Assembly (NCBI GenBank): GCA_964562105.1
Contig: CAZLRP010000001.1
Location: 2,949-66,948, forward strand
Direction of reading: 5' to 3'
Source of the DNA: an uncultured Candidatus Saccharibacteria bacterium
GTDB taxonomy: Bacteria; Patescibacteriota; Minisyncoccia; Phycocordibacterales; GWA1-40-21
Length of the DNA: 64,000 nt
The notes under the pieces are model-generated. The model worked only from the letters and a program-made list of their open reading frames with translations, searched no databases and was not told the DNA's origin. A program made the translations under genes and the position numbers. This document shows positions 57,467 through 64,000 of the stretch, piece after piece. The number at the start of each line of letters is the position of its first letter. The stretch's first letter is position 1.

Positions 57467-57523
57467 TTATAAAAAAAGGACTCTATTTAACCGCAACTTT
57501 CGTTGAGGTTAATAGAAATCCTT

Positions 57524-57736
57524 TTATTTTGAAGTGACACAGAAAGTGTCATTAAATTCATAAAACATAATTGAATGATCTTCTTCTCGTTCTTTGCAAG
57601 CTTCGCTTCCCATCTTTACAAGAACAAGACCATCAGAATCAGGTATTTCCATAAAATCCTTATCTCCCATCTGATTTATTACTTCTGCGATATTGGCAAT
57701 TATTTCCGAACTTAAGGTTGTTTTCATATTTTCCAT
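57524..57736 (-). CDS. hypothetical small protein
   Basis: 70-aa ORF. Confidence 0.3.
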   Translation of the reverse strand: MENMKTTLSSEIIANIAEVINQMGDKDFMEIPDSDGLVLVKMGSEACKEREEDHSIMFYEFNDTFCVTSK

Positions 57737-57781
57737 CCTTTTTATTTTATTTTTTCTGCGTTGATAATAACAAATTATTAA

Positions 57782-58471
57782 CTATTTGTCAAATTCATCA
57801 CGATAATTTCTAATTAAATTGCACACCTCTGTGAGTTTATTTTCGTCGCTTGTATAAATTTTAGTATCTATAGCCAATACCTGCTTATATGGATCTTCAT
57901 CGCCGAAAGATTTAGTTGATGCACCGAAATCTATCACATATAGATCTCCCGTTTCATTGTCTATCATGATATTTCCACCATGCAAATCCCTGTGATAGAT
58001 ATTTTTTTCATGCATTTTCTCCAAAAAAGCAGATATCTTTTTTCTAAAATCCTTGAGATCAAATTCTAAAGGTAATTTTCCTGTTCCCTCCAAAACATCT
58101 TTAATACTGACCGCATTTAATCTTTCCATCAATAAAAACTTAATTGCAGTATCGTCTTCATTTCCGCTATAATCAGCAGTAAGATAAGGCTTTGGGACTC
58201 TTACTTCCTCATCTAAATCCTGCAATTCTGACATAAAACCCATCTCTTTTTCCAAAGGAATATAAAAAGGCAAATCATCAGCAGATTTCAATATTTTTAA
58301 ACAAACTTCTTCATTTGAATCTAAAAAATGAACTTCGGCCGTCATTCCTTCGCCAAGCTTGTTTTTTTCTTCTTCAAGAAGTTTTTCTATGACTTTTTTA
58401 TTTCTCTCGTAGAAAATTTTTATTTTTTCATTTTTTTCAAAATCTGGAGTGATTTTTTCATTCTTGAACAT
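57782..58471 (-). CDS. small protein-kinase-like (ePK fold) domain protein
   Basis: VCLKIL (VAIK-like), YHRDLHGGNIM catalytic loop, IDFG (DFG) motif. Confidence 0.6.
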   Translation of the reverse strand: MFKNEKITPDFEKNEKIKIFYERNKKVIEKLLEEEKNKLGEGMTAEVHFLDSNEEVCLKILKSADDLPFYIPLEKEMGFMSELQDLDEEVRVPKPYLTADYSGNEDDTAIKFLLMERLNAVSIKDVLEGTGKLPLEFDLKDFRKKISAFLEKMHEKNIYHRDLHGGNIMIDNETGDLYVIDFGASTKSFGDEDPYKQVLAIDTKIYTSDENKLTEVCNLIRNYRDEFDK

Positions 58472-58684
58472 ATTTGGATGATATCATAAAATTCGTAAAA
58501 ATTCATTTGAGTAAATACTTTCAATTAACACTTTCCATCGCAGGGGCAGAAATTTTCTTGCTACGCCCGCACAAATTTAAAAAACTCAAGATTTCTCTTG
58601 AGCTTTTTAAATTTGTGCGGGCAGGGTGAATCGGACACCCGACCGAAGTTTGGAAAACTTCTGTTTTACCACTAAACTATGCCC

Positions 58685-58814
58685 GCCCGGTAGTAGATTT
58701 TGACATCAAAAAATATTTTTAATCAAAATATACCTACTAAGTTCGTTGCTTTAAGGGTCAAATAGTTTTATATGTGAGACTAGCCAAAAGCTAATGTCAA
58801 AATTCACTACCGGG
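58685..58814. mobile_element. MITE-like miniature with family-2-type TIRs
   Basis: CCCGGTAGTAGATTTTGACAT ... ATGTCAAAATTCACTACCGGG with an ~88-bp internal segment. Confidence 0.6.
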
Positions 58815-58864
58815 CCCGCATTAGAAAAGAACGCTGTAATACTAGCAAAAATATCAAATAGAGG

Positions 58865-59014
58865 CAATTTATCCGCACACTAACATTGTCATTATTGCCT
58901 GTGTTTTTTAGATATAATTAATTAAGCAACTTGTATTCTGAAAAAATCAGATTTGTTAATATAATTTTGACAAGCAATAAAAACACAATGACAATGTTAG
59001 TGTGCGGATTTATT
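58865..59014. repeat. long inverted repeat (about 30-bp arms AATTTATCCGCACACTAACATTGTCATTATTGC) around ~75 bp
   Basis: arms at 58865-58897 and 58974-59014; a partial copy ATCCGCACACTAAC at 38190-38203. Confidence 0.6.
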
Positions 59015-59324
59015 TCGTGCTTTTTTTGACTATAGCTATAATTGCATCAAAATTATCATTTTTTTCTACACCTTTTCTTTTTTTCGCACCGCATTTAATA
59101 CATTTATGATTTATGAAATATTTCCCTTTTTCAAAGTCAATTTTTATCGGCTCCATCATTCCTTGGCAACTCTCTGCTCTGTCTCCCGGATTTATATCTA
59201 CGTGCTTGCTCCAAAGACAGCTTGAGCAGTGATTTGTAAAACCATTGCCGATATTTTTCGTTCCGCATTTTTCACAAATAAAATTCTCAACTTTTTTTTG
59301 GAATTTTCTAGCTTGATTTGTCAT
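59010..59324 (-). CDS. RNHCP domain protein
   Basis: TNHCSSCLWSKHVD matches the RNHCP signature; additional Cys pairs. Confidence 0.55.
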   Translation of the reverse strand: MTNQARKFQKKVENFICEKCGTKNIGNGFTNHCSSCLWSKHVDINPGDRAESCQGMMEPIKIDFEKGKYFINHKCIKCGAKKRKGVEKNDNFDAIIAIVKKSTK

Positions 59325-59359
59325 TTTTTTGTATTGTCATTGCGAGCGGAGTGAAGCAA

Positions 59360-59430
59360 CCCAGGTTAAATTGTATTTATTCGTAGCCATTCGTATCATT
59401 CGCATAATTCGTTGATTCGTATGTTTATCT
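59360..59430. repeat. heptamer array
   Basis: TATTCGTAGCCATTCGTATCATTCGCATAATTCGTTGATTCGTATGTTTATC. Confidence 0.65.
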
Positions 59431-60140
59431 TAAAATTTAACTATCTTCGCTTTATTTTTATACTTTTTTATTAAAACCTGATCTCCATTATCAAGAATTA
59501 TTTCTTCATCGTTGTTATCCGCATAAACGATTGCTTTACCTCGAGTTATTTTTACGACGATTTCGGAATCTTCTTTTAAAACCATGTGGTCCGATTGTTC
59601 TATACTATTATTGAAAGCTACTCCGATGCCAACTTCAAAAAAACTATCGGTAATAGATCTATAATATCCGGTTGAGCCATAAGGTGTAGAAACAGCAACA
59701 CCATCACCTATTATTTCCTCGCCCACCTTTTTATCGTTTATAAAAATTTCATATCGTATAGCACACCTTGGATCAATATTGTGAACGATAATTTCGTTTA
59801 GCCCAACAATTTTTCTTGTCCCGTCAAATTGGCTTTTTATTTGACTGGGATTACCGCAAGAAGTAGCTTCAATTTTAATTTCATCTTCAACCCTGTATTC
59901 CTTCTTTGTAATTTTTTTTAAAATTTCTTCTGGTGATAAATCATGTCCTTTTTTTGAAGTTTTACTTTTCTTCAAAATAAACTTCGGAATTTCAGGATAA
60001 TCTTTTTCTGATTTCATAAGTGTTCCGTCCCCACCGACGACTGCCACCATGTCTGGAGTCTCAGTAACTATTTTAAAACCGGTCTTTTCTACAAGTTTTA
60101 TTATTTCTTCAGTTTTGTGACCGTAGATTAGGAGGTTCAT
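59430..60140 (-). CDS. ppnK: NAD kinase (with in-frame palindromic-element insertion)
   Basis: VVGGDGTLM motif, GSTGY motif; contains PSQIKSQFDG insertion; start uncertain (an alternative ATG lies 42 nt upstream). Confidence 0.8.
   Translation of the reverse strand: MNLLIYGHKTEEIIKLVEKTGFKIVTETPDMVAVVGGDGTLMKSEKDYPEIPKFILKKSKTSKKGHDLSPEEILKKITKKEYRVEDEIKIEATSCGNPSQIKSQFDGTRKIVGLNEIIVHNIDPRCAIRYEIFINDKKVGEEIIGDGVAVSTPYGSTGYYRSITDSFFEVGIGVAFNNSIEQSDHMVLKEDSEIVVKITRGKAIVYADNNDEEIILDNGDQVLIKKYKNKAKIVKF
59820..59849. repeat. P1 palindromic element copy in the NAD kinase gene
   Basis: identical core, in frame (NPSQIKSQFDG). Confidence 0.85.
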
Positions 60141-60303
60141 ATTTATATTTGTGCCAATTATTCTCTTTATGGTACACACCATTCTATTCCAAATTTTCTC
60201 AAAAAGAAAGAGGTTTTTAATTACAATTTAATCCCTTGATTAACATTTTTAAAGTGCTAGATTTAAAGCAGAAGATCTTAAACGAACTATTCTGGAGGCA
60301 GAG

Positions 60304-60663
60304 ATGAAAAAATTACTGAAATACGAAAAGCAACTTTCGTTTGAAGAAAAATCGGATAAACCACAAATGTATCGTTGTAAGGAAAAAAATGAAACTCGCT
60401 ATTTTAGTGCGGGTGATGAATTTTTTACGTTCGAAGGTGTTGTACCAAAAATTTTTCTAAGTATCAACCAAATGATTAGTAAAAATGAGAAGACGGGTAC
60501 ATTAAAAAGATGGAAACTAAAGATTAAACCCGGAGAAGGATTATGTCATTGCTGCTCAAAGACAAATGCACTATTTATGGTTGAGAAAAAGAAAAATGGC
60601 CACGACGGAGAGGAAAGACAGCTTCCGTTTTCATGGCCATACGCGATCTACCTCGAACGCTAA
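60304..60663 (+). CDS. hypothetical protein
   Basis: 119-aa ORF with terminator at 60671-60702. Confidence 0.4.
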   Translation: MKKLLKYEKQLSFEEKSDKPQMYRCKEKNETRYFSAGDEFFTFEGVVPKIFLSINQMISKNEKTGTLKRWKLKIKPGEGLCHCCSKTNALFMVEKKKNGHDGEERQLPFSWPYAIYLER

Positions 60664-60710
60664 TCATTTAAAAATACCGCAATTTTATTTGCGGTATTTT
60701 TTTAATTTAT

Positions 60711-61031
60711 TTAATATATTCTTTTATTGATTTTCTCAATTTTCCCCTCAAGTGCTTTTTCAAAATCAACGTCCATTATCTCGGCAAGAAGTAAGGTTGT
60801 TATCAAAACGTCCGCAAATTCTTCGGATAAATTATTAATATCATGTTTATCAAGTTTTTCTTTCCGTTGTAAAGAGTTGTAACTTAAAACTTCATCGCAC
60901 AATTCGCCCAACTCTTCAGTAAGCTTTACAGTTCTAGCTAAAATAAGTTTTTCTTCATCCTTATAACCAAAGTGTTTTCTTAACCTTTGGTCTTCTTTTT
61001 TTATAAAATTATTCAAATCTTTTAATTGCAT
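60711..61031 (-). CDS. MazG-like nucleotide pyrophosphohydrolase
   Basis: LTEELGELCDEV and EFADVLITTLLLAE motifs. Confidence 0.72.
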   Translation of the reverse strand: MQLKDLNNFIKKEDQRLRKHFGYKDEEKLILARTVKLTEELGELCDEVLSYNSLQRKEKLDKHDINNLSEEFADVLITTLLLAEIMDVDFEKALEGKIEKINKRIY

Positions 61032-61043
61032 GTTTTTAAAAAA

Positions 61044-61310
61044 TTATTCAAGAGAAATAATTTGTATCCCCTTTTTTCTGATTTCTTCTTCTGACCAAAA
61101 CAATTTATCTATTCTAAATTTTCCAACATAAGTTACTTTCTTTTTGGTTTTTCTTCCAGTATATTTTTTTGTTTTTGGATTCCATTCTTCAAGAAGCAAA
61201 ATATCGCCTTCCCCAACGTCAAAATCATCCAAACGAAGCTCATACTTTTTCTTGCTGGAGGCGACAGCATCAAAATATTCAGGCCAAATTTTTTTCTTAA
61301 TTATTACCAT
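61044..61310 (-). CDS. DUF3850 / ASCH-like small protein
   Basis: 88 aa; KIWPEYFDAV...GDILLL pattern. Confidence 0.5.
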   Translation of the reverse strand: MVIIKKKIWPEYFDAVASSKKKYELRLDDFDVGEGDILLLEEWNPKTKKYTGRKTKKKVTYVGKFRIDKLFWSEEEIRKKGIQIISLE

Positions 61311-61363
61311 ACGCAGTATTTTACCTTATTTTAAATGTAAAATATACTTAATTCAGTGCCGGG

Positions 61364-61379
61364 AATTTCTTGCTTGAAT
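61364..61379. repeat. partial copy of the tRNA-Pro 3' end
   Basis: CAGTGCCGGGAATTTC compared with the tRNA's GAGTGCCGGGATTCGAA. Confidence 0.5.
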
Positions 61380-61640
61380 AAAACTTTTCGTAAAAAATAA
61401 TAGCGCCTTGCGGGTTGATTCGTTTATCACGAATTCCGCAAGGCGCGAAACAAAAGAGACACAGCTCCTTGTCCTTTCGGCTCTTGAGACTTTTGGGCAT
61501 TCTCTGTGTAGATTATAATTCCCTTGGTCTCTAGTAAAACGAGAGTCGAGTTTTACTATATGAGTTTAACACAAATGATTCTATAAGTCAAGGATATGTA
61601 GTGTAAAAAATTTACTTATTATCCTTGAAAATAACCGCTT

Positions 61641-61663
61641 GGGAGTGCCGGGAATTTCGACCC
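61641..61663. repeat. partial copy of the tRNA-Pro 3' end
   Basis: GGGAGTGCCGGGAATTTCGACCC. Confidence 0.55.
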
Positions 61664-61813
61664 TTACAGGGTCAGTACAGGTTTCCCATTTTCTCGCAAT
61701 ATTAATTGCTCAAAAATATGGGAGAACCTTTTCGAATCCCGGACATAAGCGAGTAATCTCGCTTATTCACTCCGACAAAATGAAAAATGGCCCTAAAGCC
61801 ATTTTTCATTTTG

Positions 61814-61884
61814 TCGGAGTGCCGGGATTCGAACCCGGATCGCATGCTCCCAAAGCACGAATGCTACCGTTACACTACACTCCG
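61814..61884 (-). tRNA. tRNA-Pro (anticodon TGG)
   Basis: cloverleaf; anticodon loop TTTGGGA; T-loop GGGTTCGAATCCC. Confidence 0.8.
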
Positions 61885-61957
61885 ATATTACAAAAAGATG
61901 ATAACACAAAAGCCAATTTTTGCGAAACAAAAATTGGCTTTTGTGTTTACTTTATAA

Positions 61958-63466
61958 CTAAGATACTTTGTGACTTTTTCTAATCTCTTTCACTTCCTCG
62001 TCATTTTCTTCTTCCTTTTTTTTCTTTCCTTCCTCCCCCATCGCGCGCAAATCTTTTTCCGGAAGCTTTATAAGTTCAAACGCCCGTTCATTTAAATATT
62101 CTTCAGTATTTCTTTTTGGGTCATCAAGAACTTCTTCAAGAAGCGCATGCAAAACAAAGCCGATTTTCGGACCGGGAATTTCTTTTGTCACTTCCATAAT
62201 TTTCTTTCCATCAATGTTTAGCATCCCAACAGAAATCGGATCTCTCGTCGCTTCTTCTATCATCGCATGATATTTTCGGAGTCGATATGGATCTTCTTTC
62301 GGTCTTCCCATTCCTATCCTGTCGCATGCGCGCAAATCCATAAGGTCCCAAATATTTTCTTTTCCAACTCTTGCAACAATTCTTCGAACGGCAGACAAAC
62401 TTATTTGTTCGGTATCCGCAAAAAACATATGTATCCTTACAAGCTTTGTAACTTTTTCAATAATTTTTGTAGGAAATTTTAAATCTTGCAAAATTTTTTC
62501 TGTCATTCTTGCACCGACAACTTCATGCCCGTAAAAAGTTGGTTTATTTTCGCCTTCTCTTTTTGATTTTGGTTTTCCAATATCGTGAAGAAGCGCGGCA
62601 AGTCTGACTTCCAAAGATAATTTTTTATCTGCCGAGTGCTGTAAAGCCCTTAAAGAATGCTCCCAAACATCATATTTATGAGCTCCACCTTGATCTATAC
62701 CGATTGTTTTTTCCAATTCTGAAATTATATATTTAAGAATTCCAAATTTTTGACAAGATTTAATTCCATGCATCGGTTCTGGCGACATAATAATTTTTAC
62801 AAATTCATCACGAATTCTTTCTTTTGCAATTTTTGAAAGCAAACCAGATTCTTCTGCAAGTGCTTTTTCCGTCGCGTTGTCAATTTCAAATCCTACATAG
62901 TTCCCTATTCTCACAGCTCTCAAAATCCTTAGTCCATCTTCACGAAATCTTTCATGCGGATTGCCAACAGTTCTAAGAATTTTATTTTTCAAATCTTCTT
63001 GTCCTTTAAACAAATCAACTACTTGTCCTTTATAATAATTTTCTTTATCTCCTTTTCCTTCAATATTTAAAGCAATTGCATTTATAGTAAAATCTCTTCT
63101 TTCAAGATCGTCTTCCAATTTATCGCTAAAAATAACGCTATCTGGCCTTCTATTATCGGAATATTCTGCTTCAAGCCTATAAGGCGTTACTTCAATAACT
63201 TTGAGAGTTTCGTCTGAAACGGTTTCATTTACAACACCAACTGTTCCGTAAACATTTTCATAAAATGTATCAGGAAATATTTTTATTATGTCTTCTGGCT
63301 TGGCATTTGTTGTAATATCCCAATCTACAGGCTTCACTTTCAAAAGAATATCCCGAACACATCCACCGATAAGATAGGCTTCAAAATTGGCCTTTTTTAA
63401 CTTTTCGGATGCTTCAAAAATTTCTTTTGGTATTGGTCCGTATTCTTCTGTATTTTTTTTCATCAT
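61958..63466 (-). CDS. cca: CCA-adding tRNA nucleotidyltransferase with HD domain
   Basis: GGCVRDILL...DWDI nucleotidyltransferase motif; HD motif LHDIGK. Confidence 0.88.
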   Translation of the reverse strand: MMKKNTEEYGPIPKEIFEASEKLKKANFEAYLIGGCVRDILLKVKPVDWDITTNAKPEDIIKIFPDTFYENVYGTVGVVNETVSDETLKVIEVTPYRLEAEYSDNRRPDSVIFSDKLEDDLERRDFTINAIALNIEGKGDKENYYKGQVVDLFKGQEDLKNKILRTVGNPHERFREDGLRILRAVRIGNYVGFEIDNATEKALAEESGLLSKIAKERIRDEFVKIIMSPEPMHGIKSCQKFGILKYIISELEKTIGIDQGGAHKYDVWEHSLRALQHSADKKLSLEVRLAALLHDIGKPKSKREGENKPTFYGHEVVGARMTEKILQDLKFPTKIIEKVTKLVRIHMFFADTEQISLSAVRRIVARVGKENIWDLMDLRACDRIGMGRPKEDPYRLRKYHAMIEEATRDPISVGMLNIDGKKIMEVTKEIPGPKIGFVLHALLEEVLDDPKRNTEEYLNERAFELIKLPEKDLRAMGEEGKKKKEEENDEEVKEIRKSHKVS

Positions 63467-63532
63467 AACAATTTTATTATATTTTTTGATTTTTAGCTAG
63501 TTTAAAGGTATTATTCAGTTGTTCCCCCATCT

Positions 63533-63590
63533 GCGCTCGTGGTGAAATGGGTCACAATATTTCTGAGGATTAGGGGGTTATTTAACGCGC
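63533..63590 (+). repeat. pseudo-tRNA: duplicate of the 5' half of tRNA-Arg(TCG)
   Basis: GCGCTCGTGGTGAAATGGGTCACAA matches the first 25 nt of the tRNA at 63586 and then diverges. Confidence 0.55.
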
Positions 63591-63657
63591 TCGTGGTGAA
63601 ATGGATATCACAACGGTCTTCGGAACCGTTGTTGTGGGTTCGATTCCTGCCGAGCGC
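63586..63657 (+). tRNA. tRNA-Arg (anticodon TCG)
   Basis: cloverleaf; anticodon loop CTTCGGA; T-loop GGGTTCGATTCC. Confidence 0.7.
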
Positions 63658-63780
63658 ACAATATAAAAAACACCATAGGGATATGGTGTTTTTTATATTG
63701 TGCGCTCGAGCAAGCAAATCTACTTTACTTTCCCTACATACAACAAAAATAGCCTCAAATGAGGCTATTTTTGTTGTATG

Positions 63781-63851
63781 TGCGGACGCCGGGAATCGAA
63801 CCCGGACCCAATCCTTGGCAAGGACTAGTTCTACCATTAAACCACGCCCGC
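63781..63851 (-). tRNA. tRNA-Gly (anticodon GCC)
   Basis: cloverleaf; anticodon loop TTGCCAA; T-loop CGGGTTCGATTCCCG. Confidence 0.85.
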
Positions 63852-64000
63852 ATTTGACTACAGATTATTATACACAAAAAATTGAAAAAGAAAATAAATT
63901 TTAATACCAAAAAAATTATTTTAAATAATAAATAACAAAAAAAATATAAAAATGATATTTTATTAAATTTTTAATTCAAAGACACTTCTCTTTTTTTAAT

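Noticed and set aside
61340-61810. tmRNA, RNase P RNA or SRP RNA in the structured region next to tRNA-Pro
   Set aside because: I could not find the conserved P4 (AGGAAAGTCCGGGC-type), tmRNA tRNA-like-domain/resume-codon or SRP domain IV signatures by eye. It was left as an unassigned structured region and needs covariance-model searches.
63511-63904. ORFs 63511-63837 (minus) and 63539-63904 (plus)
   Set aside because: They span two tRNA genes, a pseudo-tRNA and two terminator hairpins; no coding signal.
1-64000. rRNA genes, prophage structural genes, CRISPR-Cas, toxin-antitoxin pairs
   Set aside because: No 16S/23S/5S-like conserved blocks, capsid/terminase/integrase-like translations, cas-like proteins or obvious TA pairs were found in any frame.

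Overview
This is a low-GC (~33%) bacterial chromosome segment. Its gene content suggests the Candidate Phyla Radiation (Patescibacteria): many very small ORFs, a RuvX/tRNA-binding fusion, pilMNO, a two-ORF comEC, and a diversity-generating retroelement (DGR). The str/S10 ribosomal cluster lies on the minus strand in the order rpsL-rpsG-fusA-[inserted hypothetical]-tuf-rpsJ-rplC-rplD-rplW-rplB. I call about 80 CDS and 9 tRNAs (His, Val, Arg-TCT, Ser, Arg-GCG, Lys, Pro, Arg-TCG, Gly). There is no rRNA and no CRISPR array. The accessory content is unusually rich and is the main point of interest. (1) A complete DGR: reverse transcriptase (RT) with the LGNLTSQ motif, a divergently oriented Avd-like gene interrupted by a C10 homopolymer, a template repeat (TR) and a variable repeat (VR) at the C-terminus of a small target gene; all 18 TR/VR mismatches sit at TR adenines. 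(2) A 30-nt near-palindromic element present as perfect or near-perfect copies inserted in frame into recJ, rsmE (twice) and the NAD kinase gene, encoding PSQIKSQFDG, plus one intergenic copy. This resembles Rickettsia palindromic elements (RPEs). A second in-frame repeat family sits in rsmE and next to tuf. (3) Two families of GIY-YIG nuclease genes bracketed by inverted repeats, each with gene-less miniature derivatives elsewhere in the window. One copy sits between the two halves of comEC and one sits exactly on the rny stop codon. (4) A conserved ~60-nt module downstream of both tRNA-His and tRNA-Lys; each copy carries an inverted copy of its own tRNA's T-loop. There are also tRNA fragment copies next to tRNA-Pro and tRNA-Arg(TCG). 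(5) Several families of dispersed intergenic repeats: ATTCGTA heptamer arrays, GGTTTTAG 9-mer arrays flanking terminators, and a CCCAGTGAAATA palindrome. (6) Two LAGLIDADG-type homing endonuclease genes. All identifications come from reading the translations and sequence directly; no database searches were run.
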